Positions 31,000-45,200 of a stretch of 64,000 nt of DNA are shown in pieces; the stretch's first letter is position 1, and the number at the start of each line of letters is the position of its first letter. The translations under genes were made by a program, and so were the position numbers. The notes beneath the pieces were generated by a model, which saw only the letters and a list, made by a program, of their open reading frames with translations, did no database searches and had not been told where the DNA came from. This DNA comes from Marsupella aquatica (Eukaryota; Plantae; Marchantiophyta): the NCBI GenBank assembly GCA_973895155.1, contig OZ316891.1, positions 17,668,095 to 17,732,094 of the forward strand. The letters run 5' to 3'.

Positions 31000-31600
31000 C
31001 ATGAAATTAGTATCAGGTGTATTAGGGAAATTCTCAACCAACCAGCTACTTTCACATTTGAAGGCCCAGTGGACCGCACCCCAGAAAATTTGAGTTTAAT
31101 TGTCACTCATTGTACATTCTTCCTACTTCTGAAAGTTTTGGATCGGCAAGTTTTGACTTACAATTTTTCCCTTAGTATGGAGCACAATTTGGTACTGTCC
31201 ATCCAAATTGCAAAACTGTGTCAGAGCATTTTGTCAAATGTGGAGTTCCATACATGCTTCCACTTCCAAGCTTTACATTGTTGTGCACTACCAGACCCAA
31301 CCTCCAATATTTAAAGCTTGGAACTAAGGCAATAGACAACTATTTACTTGGATGACTCATTTTGGCAATTTGCAAAATCAAATTGGTCCCTTGAAGTTTG
31401 GAGGAATGTAGGAAAAGTGTGGGTTGGATATAACATTCCCCTGTTTATAAATTATGATTCAATTGGTTGTCCCAGACAGTTTGGAATGGAGCCTGAAGCT
31501 CAAGCTGAAACAGCACTGTTTGGTTGGAACTGAAGTTGAGACATTGTCATCTGAAATCCCCCGTTATTGGGGCTCACTGGTTTGTTGGCTTTTGGGCTTC
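31000..31600 (-). mobile_element. Degenerate retrotransposon-like internal remnant (tentative)
   Basis: Faint pol-like peptide fragments broken by stops and frameshifts, next to an LTR-like segment. Confidence 0.25.
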
Positions 31601-31649
31601 CCCATTTTCTTGTGTTTTCTTTTGTCTTGCGCATAAACAACTTACATTG

Positions 31650-32090
31650 TGTCACACATATCCAATCATAGGCACAAACAAACATAAAAGAATGGGATAC
31701 AAGTGGCACTCATGTTCACACATGTCCAAAATTCACAATAATCTTCACAAGAATCAAACACGATCGTAGAGAACAATACACAATCGACCACACTCGATCT
31801 GATCACACACATATGTCAAGCCCAATACACTTTTCACTCAAGGAATCCACTTTCATGTGCAAATAGCCTGATCGGCCACACCATAGCCGCCACAGCTCAT
31901 GCTTGAAGCCTCAACTTTGAAAGATGAAGTCTACAAGCCACCACAAGAGTTATCCTTTCAAACTTAAAGAAAACCTAAAGTGCTCAAATAGCACAGATAT
32001 GAAAGCTCTAAACTCACATAACATGATATACTCTAATAGCACTCATAATGGTGTGACACCTCCCTTCATTGAGTATCTTGTCTTTGGGAT
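31650..32090 (-). mobile_element. Putative 3' LTR (31650-32058) with adjacent polypurine tract
   Basis: The termini TGTCACAC...GTGTGACA form an 8-bp TG..CA inverted repeat. On the minus strand AAAGACAAGATACTCAATGAAGGGAGG directly precedes the TG. No TSD. Confidence 0.5.
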
Positions 32091-34251
32091 GCTCCAGGTT
32101 GGGCACTTTTCGTTAGAAGCCTTTTGTTCTCTTGCAAATATAATACCCAAGTGGTTAGTTTATAAATAATTGCACTACAAGTAGAAAATGTGGTCAAACA
32201 ATCCATCCTGTACTGGTAAGTGAGGGTAGATTCCATCCATATTGGTAATTGAAGGTATCTTATCTGTAATTCAATATTATTATCCAGACTGGATTGGCAT
32301 CTGCATGTTGTTTCACTTCAGCGGGCAACATCTGGCAAGGCAAGACTTCTAAAGAGATGAAGGGCCTGAAAGTCATGGCGTGCAATGGGCTCAGGCAAAA
32401 GTGGCCATCAAATTCATCGCGTGCCATGATCTCAGGCAAGGTGAAAATTCATTCACTTTCGTTTGCTTCCCAGACTTATAAACCAAGTGATTGCCTGACA
32501 TACAGCCTAGAAATCGCTTTACTACAGTGACAAGGAGCCCCAGCCCGTGAGAGTAAGTTGCCCAAGTGCCTGGCTTGAAGAGGGAAACAATGGTAGTCAA
32601 AGAATAACAGCAACGTGGCCCATAGGAAGCTGGTCTCTGCCAAGTGTATCAATTTGCATGGAGTGGGGTTCCTGGGTAATTGCCAAGTGTTATATTGGTT
32701 GTTAAGCAGTGGCTGGGGTGTGACGCTGCCCTTCGGAGTTCGGACCCAAAGCAAAATGCTGAGGCAGGCGACTGTAGAGTGCTCTAGACTCTTTGTAAGG
32801 ATTGAATAATGATCCTTATAATAAGTGGCCGAGTCATTATTGGACAGAAGCTTCATATAGAGATTTGTCCCTTAGCGAGTCCCGTAGTCGACTAAAACAT
32901 TCTTCCCGTAACAATCATTGTTGCGATTGTGCGGTGCACATCTTCCGACCAAGCGCACCGGCCCTTGTTATTAGGAATACGAGAGTGGAACTGAATCTAC
33001 CGTACACAGCCGCTAGAGCTTTCTAGACCTTCCATGATACCAGCATCTACGATATCGTTAGCATTGAGATTTGAGAAGGGTAACTATTCAATAAACCTAA
33101 GATACGAGCCTAAATGCATTGCCACCCACCCAATCGATATAAGAACATACATTGGACATGTTCTTAAAACGCTTGTTTCGGTTTTTGTCATCATTTAGAA
33201 AAATGTTGACCTGGAGCATGATTGTTTCAACAGATAGGCCCGTAGATCGATGGGTCAGATGTTGTCCTTGGGATAAGAGGAAGTTTTACGGTTTAAGTGG
33301 AACCTAGGAAGCACTGAGGTTTTAAAGGAAGATAAGATAAGAGGAAGAAACGTGGCTGGAGAGACCAGTGTGCCCGAAACTTGGATCACCCCGAGAAGTG
33401 GCATCTTTGAAAACTAAGAACATATGCAATTTCCACAGTTGCCACTGGCCTCCAACGGGCTGTTGACGTCAAAGACTGTCCTCTAATTATGGTGTCATTC
33501 TTCCGACCTCGATTCAGACTAAAGTTTACACTAAAGCGCTGACCATCTGCACATTCATTTGACAGTTAGCTGCCCTTCTGTAAGTGTCATCATACGAACA
33601 TTAATCCAGGCACAATTTCCTCTAGTGTTGTTGAACTCTTAGTGTCGTGCTCGGCTTATCGGCTTATGCAACATGCACAGTGGAGAAAGGATCAAGCTTT
33701 AGACTGGTGGGAAACGGGATCAAGCTCGAGATCAAGCTACATCAACACTACGTATTGACACATTTAATCTCTGTGCGAGAAACATGTAGAAATTACGAGC
33801 CCTTTAATCTATATTTATTTATATATTATATATTATTATATATTATATATATGAGTTTCATACCCCGCATGTTGGAGTACCATCTGATGAGGCTGACCAA
33901 TGGCAATTCTAATATAAATAAAAATGCTCATAATCTGGAGAGCTGGACTTGTGTGCCCTACACCCCTCTCTCGCTCTCTCTACAGCATTATGGCTGTGTA
34001 CTCAGAGCGGAAGATGTATGCACGGAGAAAATTGAGCTCCTCAGTGGCACGCAAACAAGCAACAATAACAACAAAAACGTATCCAGCGGACAACGTGTTT
34101 AAAAATGCTGGATTAGACCCTAAATGATGAAAGCTCACATGTTGCAGTCTCCAGTCAAGTACGTGCGATAGTCCAATTTTCCCCTATGGAAGTTGACGCC
34201 ATGATTGGATTTCTCGCAGTGGACTCAGTTGTGGGAACCCATGATTGAGAT

Positions 34252-35834
34252 TTAATATTTGTAGCAATCGTCGCGGACAAGGGAACCTGCCGAGCTCCAC
34301 TCGTGGGCAGGGAGCCACTCCTTGACCGGCCAATCATGTTCATTGGTGACTATGGGGGTGGAGACAAATACCGCAACCCATTCTACATACCACGAGGGCA
34401 AACTTCCGGATGCGTCAGTGTAGAGTTCCATCTTGCAGATATCATGTATGCACCTTCCCTGGATTTGGAACACGTCCAGGTGGCCCGTCGCCAACCCGCC
34501 TTGAGTCAAAACCATGTAGATACTGTCCTCTGTTTTGTTGGAAAAACGGACGCTGATAGTGGAGTCCGTCCCCGCAGTCCACTGAGTTCCCGTCTGTGTC
34601 TTCACCTCGTACTTGCATAGCTGCATGCAAGTGGCATACACAAATTCATCAACCAGCTCAATTTAGTGCAATTAGTCCACATGGACGTGCTCATTGTGAT
34701 TGCAAATTTCTTGGATACAGTTCAAATTTGTCTCAATGAGATAGATAATGAAGGGTCCATGTAGCTCTTCAGCACGAATCCGGATTGTATGGACATTCAC
34801 CACTGCGCGGTGCACACAGCTAGAAGATGCACATTTCTCCTTCTGGCACATCGAACCATTCAACAATGAGGAGTTTACTGAAAGTGACTCGTTACCTCCA
34901 ACACTCGCACCGGATGTGAAACCTGACTAAGATTACTTAAAGCTTCATTGTGCCTAGGAATTGCAACCAAACCATACAGCTTTGCAGGAATGACAGATTT
35001 TGCCTACGGATAAGGCTTGCGCTGAATCTAGATTCCAATCCTTCATGTCACGTAATTTCCCTCACTCCATCCCCCAATTAATTAAGTCTCACTGTGATCT
35101 GCATATATATGTAAATTGAGATCGATCTCGATGCCTATCTCATGTCGTCAGTGTAGAAAAGATTGTGTATTTACAGTAGAACTACGCGCAAACTTACTGC
35201 CATCTTCTTGAGCCTGCATGCCCTCTCGACGAGTTTACTCAAACAATCGTTAAAGTAGGCTAGGCTTAGAGGAGAACTAACGATGCAACCTTGTTGGTCT
35301 ACACTGAGGAAAGTCAAACATAAAATAAATAGACTGAAATAGTACGTAGATTACAAACACGGGGCCATGATTCTAGTGTAGTTGGAATGATTGATACGTG
35401 CTTACCGCAGGCTCTTGAGGAGGAGGTGGTGGTGGTGGTGGTGGTGGTGGAGATAGAGATGGAGATGGAGATGGCGATGGTGGAGCATGATCTGGGCTCA
35501 TTTGTGTGTCTCTCTCCGAATTGAGAGAATGAGTTCGCGAAGGGCCTGGGGCTGGAGCAGGAGCGTGGACTCGGACCCCTGGGGCAGGGACAGGGGTGCG
35601 GACTCGGATCCCTGGGGCAGGGGCAGGGGCTTGGACTCGGACCACTGGGGCAGGGGCGTGGCCTCGGCCCCCGAACTCTCCTCCCCCTGTCAGCTGACTC
35701 GAGTCCAAACTTCGACGACCTCTCGTTGTTACTACACTTGTTGCAGCAGCAGAAGCGGAGGCGGCGTGCCAATGTAGCAGCAAGACTATCAACGGCAGCT
35801 GTAACAAAACCACAACCACGTCGAACTTCGCCAT
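34252..35834 (-). CDS. Secreted chimeric protein: signal peptide + AGP/extensin-like Pro-rich region + PLAT/LH2 domain. Exons 35834-35406 and 34620-34252
   Basis: Hydrophobic N-terminus MAKFDVVVVLLQLPLIVLLL, then APAP repeats and SPPPP. Donor GCG|GTAAG joins acceptor CAG|CTA in phase 0. PLAT motifs CxYxVxTxTG, AGTDSTIS, LDVF, SWYVEWV and a final RDDC. Confidence 0.8.
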
Positions 35835-38800
35835 TGTATAAACGACTTTATCTGTCCGGAAAGCGTTAGACCAATACTCTCTGCTATGGAGGGGACGCTC
35901 CCTACTTGATACCATACATAGAATTGTGCTGCTGAAGCTCCCTTAGCTTCATATTAATAGTAATCCACAGTAAGATGGACTCAAGCCAACTCGAGAGAGA
36001 CGAGTAGCTCGATCGATTGGTGCTGAAAATACGGACTCCCCTCGAGCTGCTGTTTCGTAATTGAGCACATCGTCTAGCTAATGATCGATTCGAACGGAGG
36101 CTGGACGAACGAATCAAAATAGTCCTCGAATTTTTGTTATATTTCGTTCTGTACAAACCATGTACTGTGGTATCGAAGTCCGGTAGGGTGGCAGTTCAGT
36201 TGCCTTACATCGATCTGATGATTTGCCGCTCTAGCCGGGGAAGTTCGATAGTACGAGGCATGGACTCAAATCATGCACGTCAGAAAGTGACTACAATTTA
36301 GTGGTGCAGTAACCAGGCTGCCCGTCTGCAAATCTGAGAAGCTTGCCAGAAATATACGGGGATCGGATGACATTCATTCATATGCCTGGACGGGTGCCTG
36401 GATCGGGCTATGCTTAATTGAAAGAAATTGATCAAAATTTCAGCTAGACTAACGCAAGGAAATGTAGAATGATCCTAAAATTTGAAAATCTACTTTGAGA
36501 CTAAGTATGTTCGTGGAAACATACATGCCGGGTCCTCTGTTCTGTTGAAGTGGGACATTTGGTACTTAGTGCTTTCAACATTGCAGAAGAATCTGATCCA
36601 AAATCCTACTTCCTGCCAACCACGGTACTTCCTGGGAGGTGATTACCTTCCTACCAGCTCGCTCTCTGGTTGCAACCGTCCAAAGGCAGCTGCTCAAAAC
36701 CATCATGAATAGTGACATCTATCGAAGTCTGCCGGGCATGCATAACGTCCGCTAAGCATCGTCTCAACATCAATCATATCGTCCTCGCAGTCATGATGTC
36801 TTCTAAACAGGAATGCAGGTTGAAGCCATACAAGGGGCAAGGATCTACTACACTGGAAGAAACACGGTATGAATGGAATGCAAAAATGAAGTAAAGCACA
36901 GAGTCCGGACATGACCGGAAAGGTTTTAGGAGACAACTTCTACTTTCCTTGTCCACCCATTTGTTCTTCAGCCTGTCGATGCTCTCTTGTAATCTACAAT
37001 GGCATGCTTCTCATCCACCTCCATGAGCCATTCCTTAGATTGCAAACCCACGACATAATTTTGCACTTCAGACACGGTGTGTGACCTGAGACTTCTTACT
37101 CTCACTTTTTCATACCGTCGCGAACTCAATGGTCAGCGAAATTTTCTTATCTTCAACCATTAAGAAATTGGCCAAAGATTCCTTCTTCACTATATCATAG
37201 CTTTGTAAGGAAAGCTTGTTGGATTTAGAGCAAGAGTACTGAACAAGTGTCACGAATTCCGCAGTGGAACTAATCTGCCAAAGCGGTTTAGGTCCACCTT
37301 CTTTCAGATTGTCGTCTACGTACCTTGATGGGTGTGCTCTCATTCTTTGTTTCCTGTCGTTCTTTAGCGTGCAGCTGCAACGGACAGAGCATTCAAGATC
37401 CCTCGATTTGGTGGTCCATATTGTTTAGAGAAATAGCTCCTCTCTACCTTGCATCGTTGATGCATAAATAAGGGTATTTTATGTTAGTTTGTTCAATAGT
37501 TGGTTTGAGCTGGGATAGTATCTAAGAAAAGATCTGAAAGAAGAGCAAGCGAAAGAACCAATTAAATCTATATGTGCAACTCAAATGATCATGATTCTGA
37601 TCCGACTGATGAGACACATAGCCATATCAACCAGGTTTGGAGATTTCAACGGAGATTTGCTGGAGGATGTTGGCACTTTTGAGTCTAGAAGAAATGCTTT
37701 CTTAATACCCTGCTCCGGTGAGGTTTACTGTGAGGAATGAGACTGGGAATCGAATCACTCAAAATGCTAGCTCACAAAACCTCACCGAGCTCGAAGAGTG
37801 GACACCGAGTGCAGGCTCTAACGCCAATTGAAAAAATGAAGGATGCATTGTGAGAGACCAACAAGCATAGAGGAAAGGGAAAGTAAGCACTACAATAACA
37901 CACAAATACAGAAAATGGAGCTTTGTTTGTGAACTATAAACGAGTGCTGCATGGGCCAGCCGTGCCTGGGTCAAAAGTTTTTGGAATTACCAGGGCTTGG
38001 CTGGCCAGATCTTACACGGTACAATATCTACAGTTTTTGGTGGACTCGATGGAGTGATGTGTTTGTACAATATTCTCTAGTAGACAGAGTCTATGCTTGC
38101 TCAAGTCTATTCAGACAACCAGTCCCAGCCTTCACTTGTTATTCCTCTGCTTCTGGATGACTGACTCGGCTCTCTTCCTGTATTTTTACCGGTTATCATG
38201 GGAGGCATTCAAAATACAGAAAAGTAATATATTATTGGGCAAACAAGCCTCCATACCTCAACTGAAATTTGAGTCAGCATGTATGCTACTTGTCACGTTT
38301 TGGGTAATACCCAAGAAATTTTGCTTATTGAGCGTCCATGAACTCCAGATTTTTTAGGCATAGCCTCAAAAGCACTCCCTCAGAATTTCCACTTTGGAAG
38401 TCTCGGTTCTCGGACAGCTGTTCCTCCTAGTACAAAGTGTGGACTGTATGATCAGTTGGCACGCTGAAAACAGCAAAGGCACGATAACTGCAACAAATTG
38501 GCTATGAACTCTTCAGTCTTCTCTTACTGTCACGATTGTCTCAATGCGCTGCAGCTAGGTCCCTGCTGCGATGAAACTTACCTTATCCATTCCTGACGGC
38601 CATCAACTCTTTCCATCTGCATACTATTGTTCACCATTGTTGGTTCATAGCTGGTCGTCGTGCAATTGTGCTCAAAAACTGCTGCGCTGGAGCCGGCCCA
38701 TCTTGCAAGATGGTCAAAGCCGAAGTCTGGTCAGCAGCTCAGGCTCTTCAAAATTGTTGTAGGAACAAACGGCACATTTTCAAGGGCGTGTATCATCGAG

Positions 38801-39918
38801 AAAAGTCTCAAAACTGGCTTGAAGGACCCTACTAATACTTTGTTCAAAAAGTTGAAATTCTTCCCTGAGAAGTTTGTTTAGCAACCAAGAGCAAAATGTT
38901 CTTGTCAAGAAAGGGTCAAGAATTGCACTGAAATGACAACTATTGAATCTATAAAACTGAATCACCAAACAAATCATGCAATCCTATTAATCTTTCCCCA
39001 GGTCACATCATGAGAGGCCCTACAAAAGTAATTACTCTGCCACTTGATGTGGAGCTCAAGAGGCTAGATGCCAATTCCATTAATGGAGCTCAAGAGGCTA
39101 GATGCATCCACTTGAAATTTGCTGAATTCTAGCAATTTGACAATAAATAACCTAACTAGGCTATATTCATAACTCTAGACCTAAGAGAAAGTACCTGATA
39201 AATGGTTGCCAATGACAGGGTGAGTGTAGCTAGGTGAAAACAAGCATTTTTCAAAAACCCCAACTATAACAAGATCTGGACACAAAACATGCACCTACTG
39301 TCCTATATCAAGTGCTCAGAACCCTCATCTTGATAACCCTAAACTATACATTCATTGAGAAAAATCAACACTAAGTCACACAAAGTGTACAACATCAAGT
39401 TACAAAGCATCTATGAGCTCAGGGGCCTCACTATGTGAAGCCCTCCATCACCTCTGACATTTCAAGATCTGGTACATCTTAAGACTTAAAGAAAAGAAAA
39501 GTATTCTCTTTAGTTCATCAATTTTGAATACTTTTGGAATGTTCCAAAATTTGGTTGAAAATTTTTATATTTTCTTAGAAACCTCACAATTGAATTTCAA
39601 AAACTTTGAAGTCCTTTTATGGAGCAACGTTCTAATTTGTTCCATGTGAGGTGCCATTGTTGCATAAATGATACCTGTGCTAGTGAGACCCCTTGCTCAA
39701 AGAGAGACACCTCTTGAGACATTCACCAAGACAAAATTCTCTCAATTGACATGCTATGTTGGGCCAGGTAGTGCTGGGGGTTAGGAACTTCAGATAGGAA
39801 GAGTGTCGGGTGAATAAAGAGTGTCAACCTGACGGTTGTCAAACAATATGTTCTACAAGAAGGTTAGGATTGGCTCATTTTTTCTTATTAAATAGGCTAA
39901 ACAGACCAAAAAGTATTA

Positions 39919-40738
39919 TTATGGACCCCACTAGAGGTCCCTTCCAAAATTCCTGGCACCACAGCGTGCCACGTCAACAACAACCACAACAAACAAGACT
40001 CGTCGATTTTGTGAATCAAACTTCTAGTTTTCATTCGTGTTTGTGTCAATTTGGGTGTAAATTTTGGAATATCATGCCGTAAAAAAAAAAAGTAAAAACA
40101 TTGAAAATGTAACCGTTTTAGTTACATTTCCAATTTTAAAACTTAAATTCAAATATTTATAAAAAATATTTTTATATAATAAATAATGACTAATAACTAA
40201 CTTGATAACTTCCTTGTTAAAGGGCAACTCCCGATATATAAGGACCTCTTGTATTGTACAGCCATTAATGTTGGGAATAGCACATAGAAACCCAAGATGG
40301 GGAGGAGAAATGGCTAAAATCTTGAACGTTCATTGAATTTTATACTCAAAACTATTTACTCATTTTTAAAACAAAAAATATCCAATCGTAGATCTCATTG
40401 AGATCTATCTTTTGCACCCTAGATCATCTTCTAACATGGATGAATAATATTTCTAGAGGCATTATAATATGAATGACAAAGATCATAAAATTAACAAAAT
40501 CGACGACTAAAAAGGCTTGGATTTTTTAATATTTGAAAAATATTAAATGATTTGCAAAACAGACACAACCCATCCATAGATCTATTTGAGATCTTTTTTT
40601 TGAGTCATAGATTGACCATTATAATGGACGAACAACCATAGATCTATTTCTTTTGAATCATAGATTGGCCATTATGATGGACAAACAAGATTTCCGGAGA
40701 TAATAAATGGAGACTCTCAGATTGACTCTTCCCCCTGA
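39919..40738. repeat. Dispersed ~820-bp repeat, copy 2, inverted relative to 14357-15176
   Basis: Colinear reverse-complement homology; this copy appears more AT-shifted. Confidence 0.85.
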
Positions 40739-40924
40739 TTTATTAGCCAAGGGGTCCACCAACTAATTTGATATAGAACGCTCAGATTGACTCTTCCCCC
40801 TGATTTATTAGCCAAGGGGTCCACCAACTAATTTGATATAGAACCGGCATTGGGATAAGGTACTAGAGTGGGTCCACCAACTAATTTGATATAGAACCGG
40901 CATTGGGATAAGGTACTAGAGTGG
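40716..40924. repeat. Overlapping 65-bp and 53-bp tandem duplications at the repeat border
   Basis: CTCAGATTGACTC...GATATAGAAC x2, then GGGTCCACCAAC...GGTACTAGAGT x2. Confidence 0.9.
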
Positions 40925-41082
40925 CTGAAACTGAGTGTCAATATTAGTGATCCCTTGTAAATGGGCAAACAATTTTTTGGAGGGATAAGGTGATAGAGTA
41001 GTTGAAACACTGTGAGTAGCGAATATATGAGTCACCGTGCACCCTGGGCATTTCACAGGCAGAGGAATACCTATCGTTCAGC

Positions 41083-41178
41083 ATACATGTGACCCCCTAC
41101 ATCGTAAAGCTGTTAGAATTCTGTCTAGTCAGTATACATGTGACCCCTACACCGCGAAGCTGTTAGAATTTGTCTAGT
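41083..41178. repeat. 51-bp imperfect tandem duplication
   Basis: ATACATGTGACCCCCTACA.CG..AAGCTGTTAGAATT occurs at 41083 and 41134. Confidence 0.85.
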
Positions 41179-42281
41179 AAAATCGATTTCCTGGGTCTAA
41201 CTAAGGGTCTAGACCGACTACGCCGAGGGCTTGCAATTCTCGGTGGTGTATGGACGAACCCTGTGGCAAACTTCCGTGGGTGCATCATCTGAAATTCTTT
41301 CTTCCCGTTCAACAGTAACAGTAAATTTCAGCCCTCATGCTCACATCAAAAATAACATCCCAGACGATTTCAAGTTCCCGAAAGAAAACGAGATGCACAT
41401 TTTATCAACAATGACATCACAAAGCTGGGGCATTGACGGAACGAAAAAGGACATCCAACATCATACCAGCAGCCATGGTCACTCACTAACTCTACTTCCA
41501 CTGAATTTCAGATGGCATTTACTTCAGAGAAACCACAATTGCACAGGTCGGCGGCGTATGTTAGTGTCTAAGTACAATCACTAACACGGCTGGGAAGGGA
41601 AACCACAGGCCATAAACCATGAGTGGTCACTTTCAATGACCACAATTATATCGTGGAACTAAAATTTCCAGCAACATACAAATCAGGAGGTCCACAGTTG
41701 ATTAGTGTTGACTTCTGCTGCTATCAGCAGAGCCCTCCTTGCCCCGAACATATTCTACAAAGACGCGCCATTCTGTCTCCAAATCTTGAGAGCTGCAGAT
41801 GGACCTGGTAATGCAAAATGAGCCCTCCAAGCAAGGCCCAACCAGTAAAAGTACACTGCGGACATACCTGCTCTTGATCTCACCTACATTTCCAGCAACA
41901 TGCAACAATTTTTTGTCTAGACGTCTAGACCTTCATCTTTCCTCCTTCCAAGAGGCCCGAAAACAATCCTGTTTACAGCTTAGATTAAGGAGATTTCTTT
42001 GTCGTGAACGCAGGCTCCTTGATTTTGCAGTGCATAAGAGTTGGACACAATTCGCCAGGATGCCTGTTGTGACACAAATACCTTAGAAGTCTTTAACACG
42101 ATGAGCTTCTCTAAAAAATCCCTCCTTGAAAGGATTGCAACCGGGTAATATCGGAATCATAAGTGCCCTCCTTCAGAGGTTGATTAGCCTGGACTCAACC
42201 ATAAGGTTCATTTAGTTTTCCATTGGCACAAGAGCAATCTCCGAGGAGACAATGAGTACAACACCCGCAAGCCAATGACTT

Positions 42282-45200
42282 CTACCTGCCTTCCTGGAGA
42301 TCCTCAGAGATTACTGTGGTTCTTGAGAGATTATCTCCTTCCAGACCGCCGACCAGACCCGATACAGGACCGGACGAGAACATCGATGACGAACCATCTG
42401 ACTCAAAAGTTGTGGACGTAGGTCGAGTGTTCTGCCAACTAGCTGTGAAAGACCTTTGCGATGCACTGGCCGACGTAGGGGTCCGGTCTTCCCTACTATC
42501 GAACTCACTGCGAGATCGCTGTACCAATCTCAAGGACTCCACAACCTCCCCCATTGTAGGCCTCTGACTCGCCTCTGGGGCTACACAGGTTGCAGCAATA
42601 GCGGCAACCTGCGCAAAATCCTCCTTAGGAAACCTACCGACTAGCCTTGGGTCCGCAAGCTCTGATAGCCTATCTTTATCTTTCAGAAGAGGCCGGGCCT
42701 AGAACACATTCAAATAAATCATCCCAAGACACCATTCAGTACTAGAAGCTGAATTCTTTGTAAAAACAAATCTGTAAATCACAGCTGCCAAACTTCCACG
42801 AACACATCAATAATTGTATTTTCCTCCCATTCAAGTCGTATCCATACGAAACTTCCATTCTCAACGTTGTGACAAACGTCGAACCCTTTCGGGAATCTAC
42901 GTGACAATGCTTTGATCAGAAGAGCGCAAACTCACCCATGTCACGAGATTTTCCTGCCCTGACGGTTGAGACATATCAACCGGCTTTCTTCCGGAGAGCA
43001 GCTCGAGCAAAACAACCCCATAACTGTACACATCGCTTTTTACTAACAAGTGCCCAGTCATGGCATACTCAGGCGCAACATACCTGCATTCACAAACAAT
43101 CTAAGATATTAACAAGGGCCTGAAAGTTTTAGTCAGAAAGATTACCTCTCAGATGTGCTGTTCCTTACGATAAGGTCCGGCACTCCTAGCACTAAGTCTC
43201 CGGCCGACTCCAGTATAACAAACCAGTAAATTAAAATTGCTCTGAGATTCTGGGTCGGACACATACCCAAAGGTACCCATTACGCGAGTAGACACGTAAT
43301 TGCCTTGCCCTTCAGGAGCCTGCTTCGCAAGACCAAAATCAGCCACCTTGGCGGTGAAATTGTGCTCTAGTAAAATATTCGAGGCTTTAAAATCCCTATG
43401 GATGACACAGGGTTGGGAGTCTTCATGCAAATAGGCAAGTCCACGAGCAGATCCAATGGCAATCTTTACTCGTTTCTCCCAGTCCAGAGGATGGTGGACG
43501 CCAAGATGCCCTATCAACACCCAACACCACATTCCAGTATCAGTCTTTGACGAGGGGTAAAATTCTTTCAAAACGAGCGAAGATTCTTATAAAATAATCT
43601 CGAAGCTGTCATCAACGATATCAAGTGGTAGTGTCTGTTAATATCCCAAACGACGACAAGTGATCTTGGGACTCGTCAGAAAACAAACGTACCATGAAGC
43701 CAGGCTTCCAAGCTACCATTTGGAACCAGCTCGTAGCAAAGTAGCTGCGTGCGAGTATCTCGGCTACTAAAGTAACCCACCAGCTTTACCAGGTGTCTGT
43801 GATGAAGTCGGCTAAGCATTTCAACCTCGACAAGAAATTCTCGGTCACCCTGATGGCCTCCAGTGGAAAGCTTCTTGATGGCAACCTCTGTACCATCCTT
43901 CAAGACTCCTCTATACACGCGGCCAAACCCACCCTCTCCCAACAGGGTTGCAGGATCAAAATTGTTGGTAGCTTCCCTCAAATCATCATAAATAAATATT
44001 TTCGTACTTGAGACCGTATGCACGTCCGTTGATGGTGCATCCGACAAACTTGACCTTGTCATAGTGCTCACTGCCCAAATAAATAACTCAAAATTAGTGT
44101 CCACAAAGGTTGAAGTGTTCTATTCTAGGACAAAAGTCAACAGAAGGTCACATGTTTCTAAGCTTCACGTCTCAAGGATATAGGATTGCAGAAATTTGAT
44201 GCATCTGAATGAAATTTTATTACAGGACGGTTATCTCTAAACAAAAATACCTTTGCTATGCGCGCGTGCAGGTCCAACAAGTTTATTGAAGTCTTTTTTT
44301 CTCCCCAGGAACACAAATCGCCAGAATATTCCGGCCAAGACGATGACCAGAACTAAACCGCCGACCGCAACCCCAATTATGTGCGGAAGGCTGGAATTAC
44401 TACTACCTCCAGAGGAATTGAACCCTGCTGAAGGACTCTGCCCGTCTCCTCCTAAGGGGGCGCCGGGAGGACTGGGAGACCCATTCACTGAACCACACAG
44501 AAAAAAGCTATTAATATGTTGCACTAAAGTCTAGCCATTTCTGATTGATGTTCGTCAGGCTATTTTACTGATAGCATTAACCCCTCCCTTAACGTACCAC
44601 ATGCTTAAAGGCTCGCCTCAGCCAGCAAATGTTTCTTCAGATTATGCGCGGGAGTAGACAGGAACTTCGATTATCAACAAATCCAAGACCACTAAAAGAC
44701 AATCCAAGACACAAGAAAAGCTTAATAAATCCAAGACAAGAAAAGAACTCTGAAGATTCACGTTTTGTTCGCTCTATATCTTTCATGTGCTCGATAATTT
44801 TGCTCCTAGACAGACATCTCATCCTGACTGGAGGAGATCAATGACAGTACGTGAAAGACGTAAACGCAGAATTGACGAAAACGAGTATGACCTACCTGGA
44901 CCAGAATTTGGTCCATAAACAATGAAACTTTGAAGTGAATAGTTCCCGAATAATTGTGGGTCGAGAATCACGTCATGATTCTTCAGCTTTGCTTCAAAGA
45001 AAGTAGCCGCATCTTGCGAGAACGCGTCACCAACTAAGGGTGCAATATCCACCGTGATGTTAATCTCGGGGTTACTTTTACTGTTCTCGAACTGGACACC
45101 TCGAATCAAAACCTGGTTAAAAGTCAAATTGAGTTGATCGCCAAGTTGCTGCTGGAACTTCATACTCCAATTGGCAATCGTTATTCGGGCGTTATCGAGT

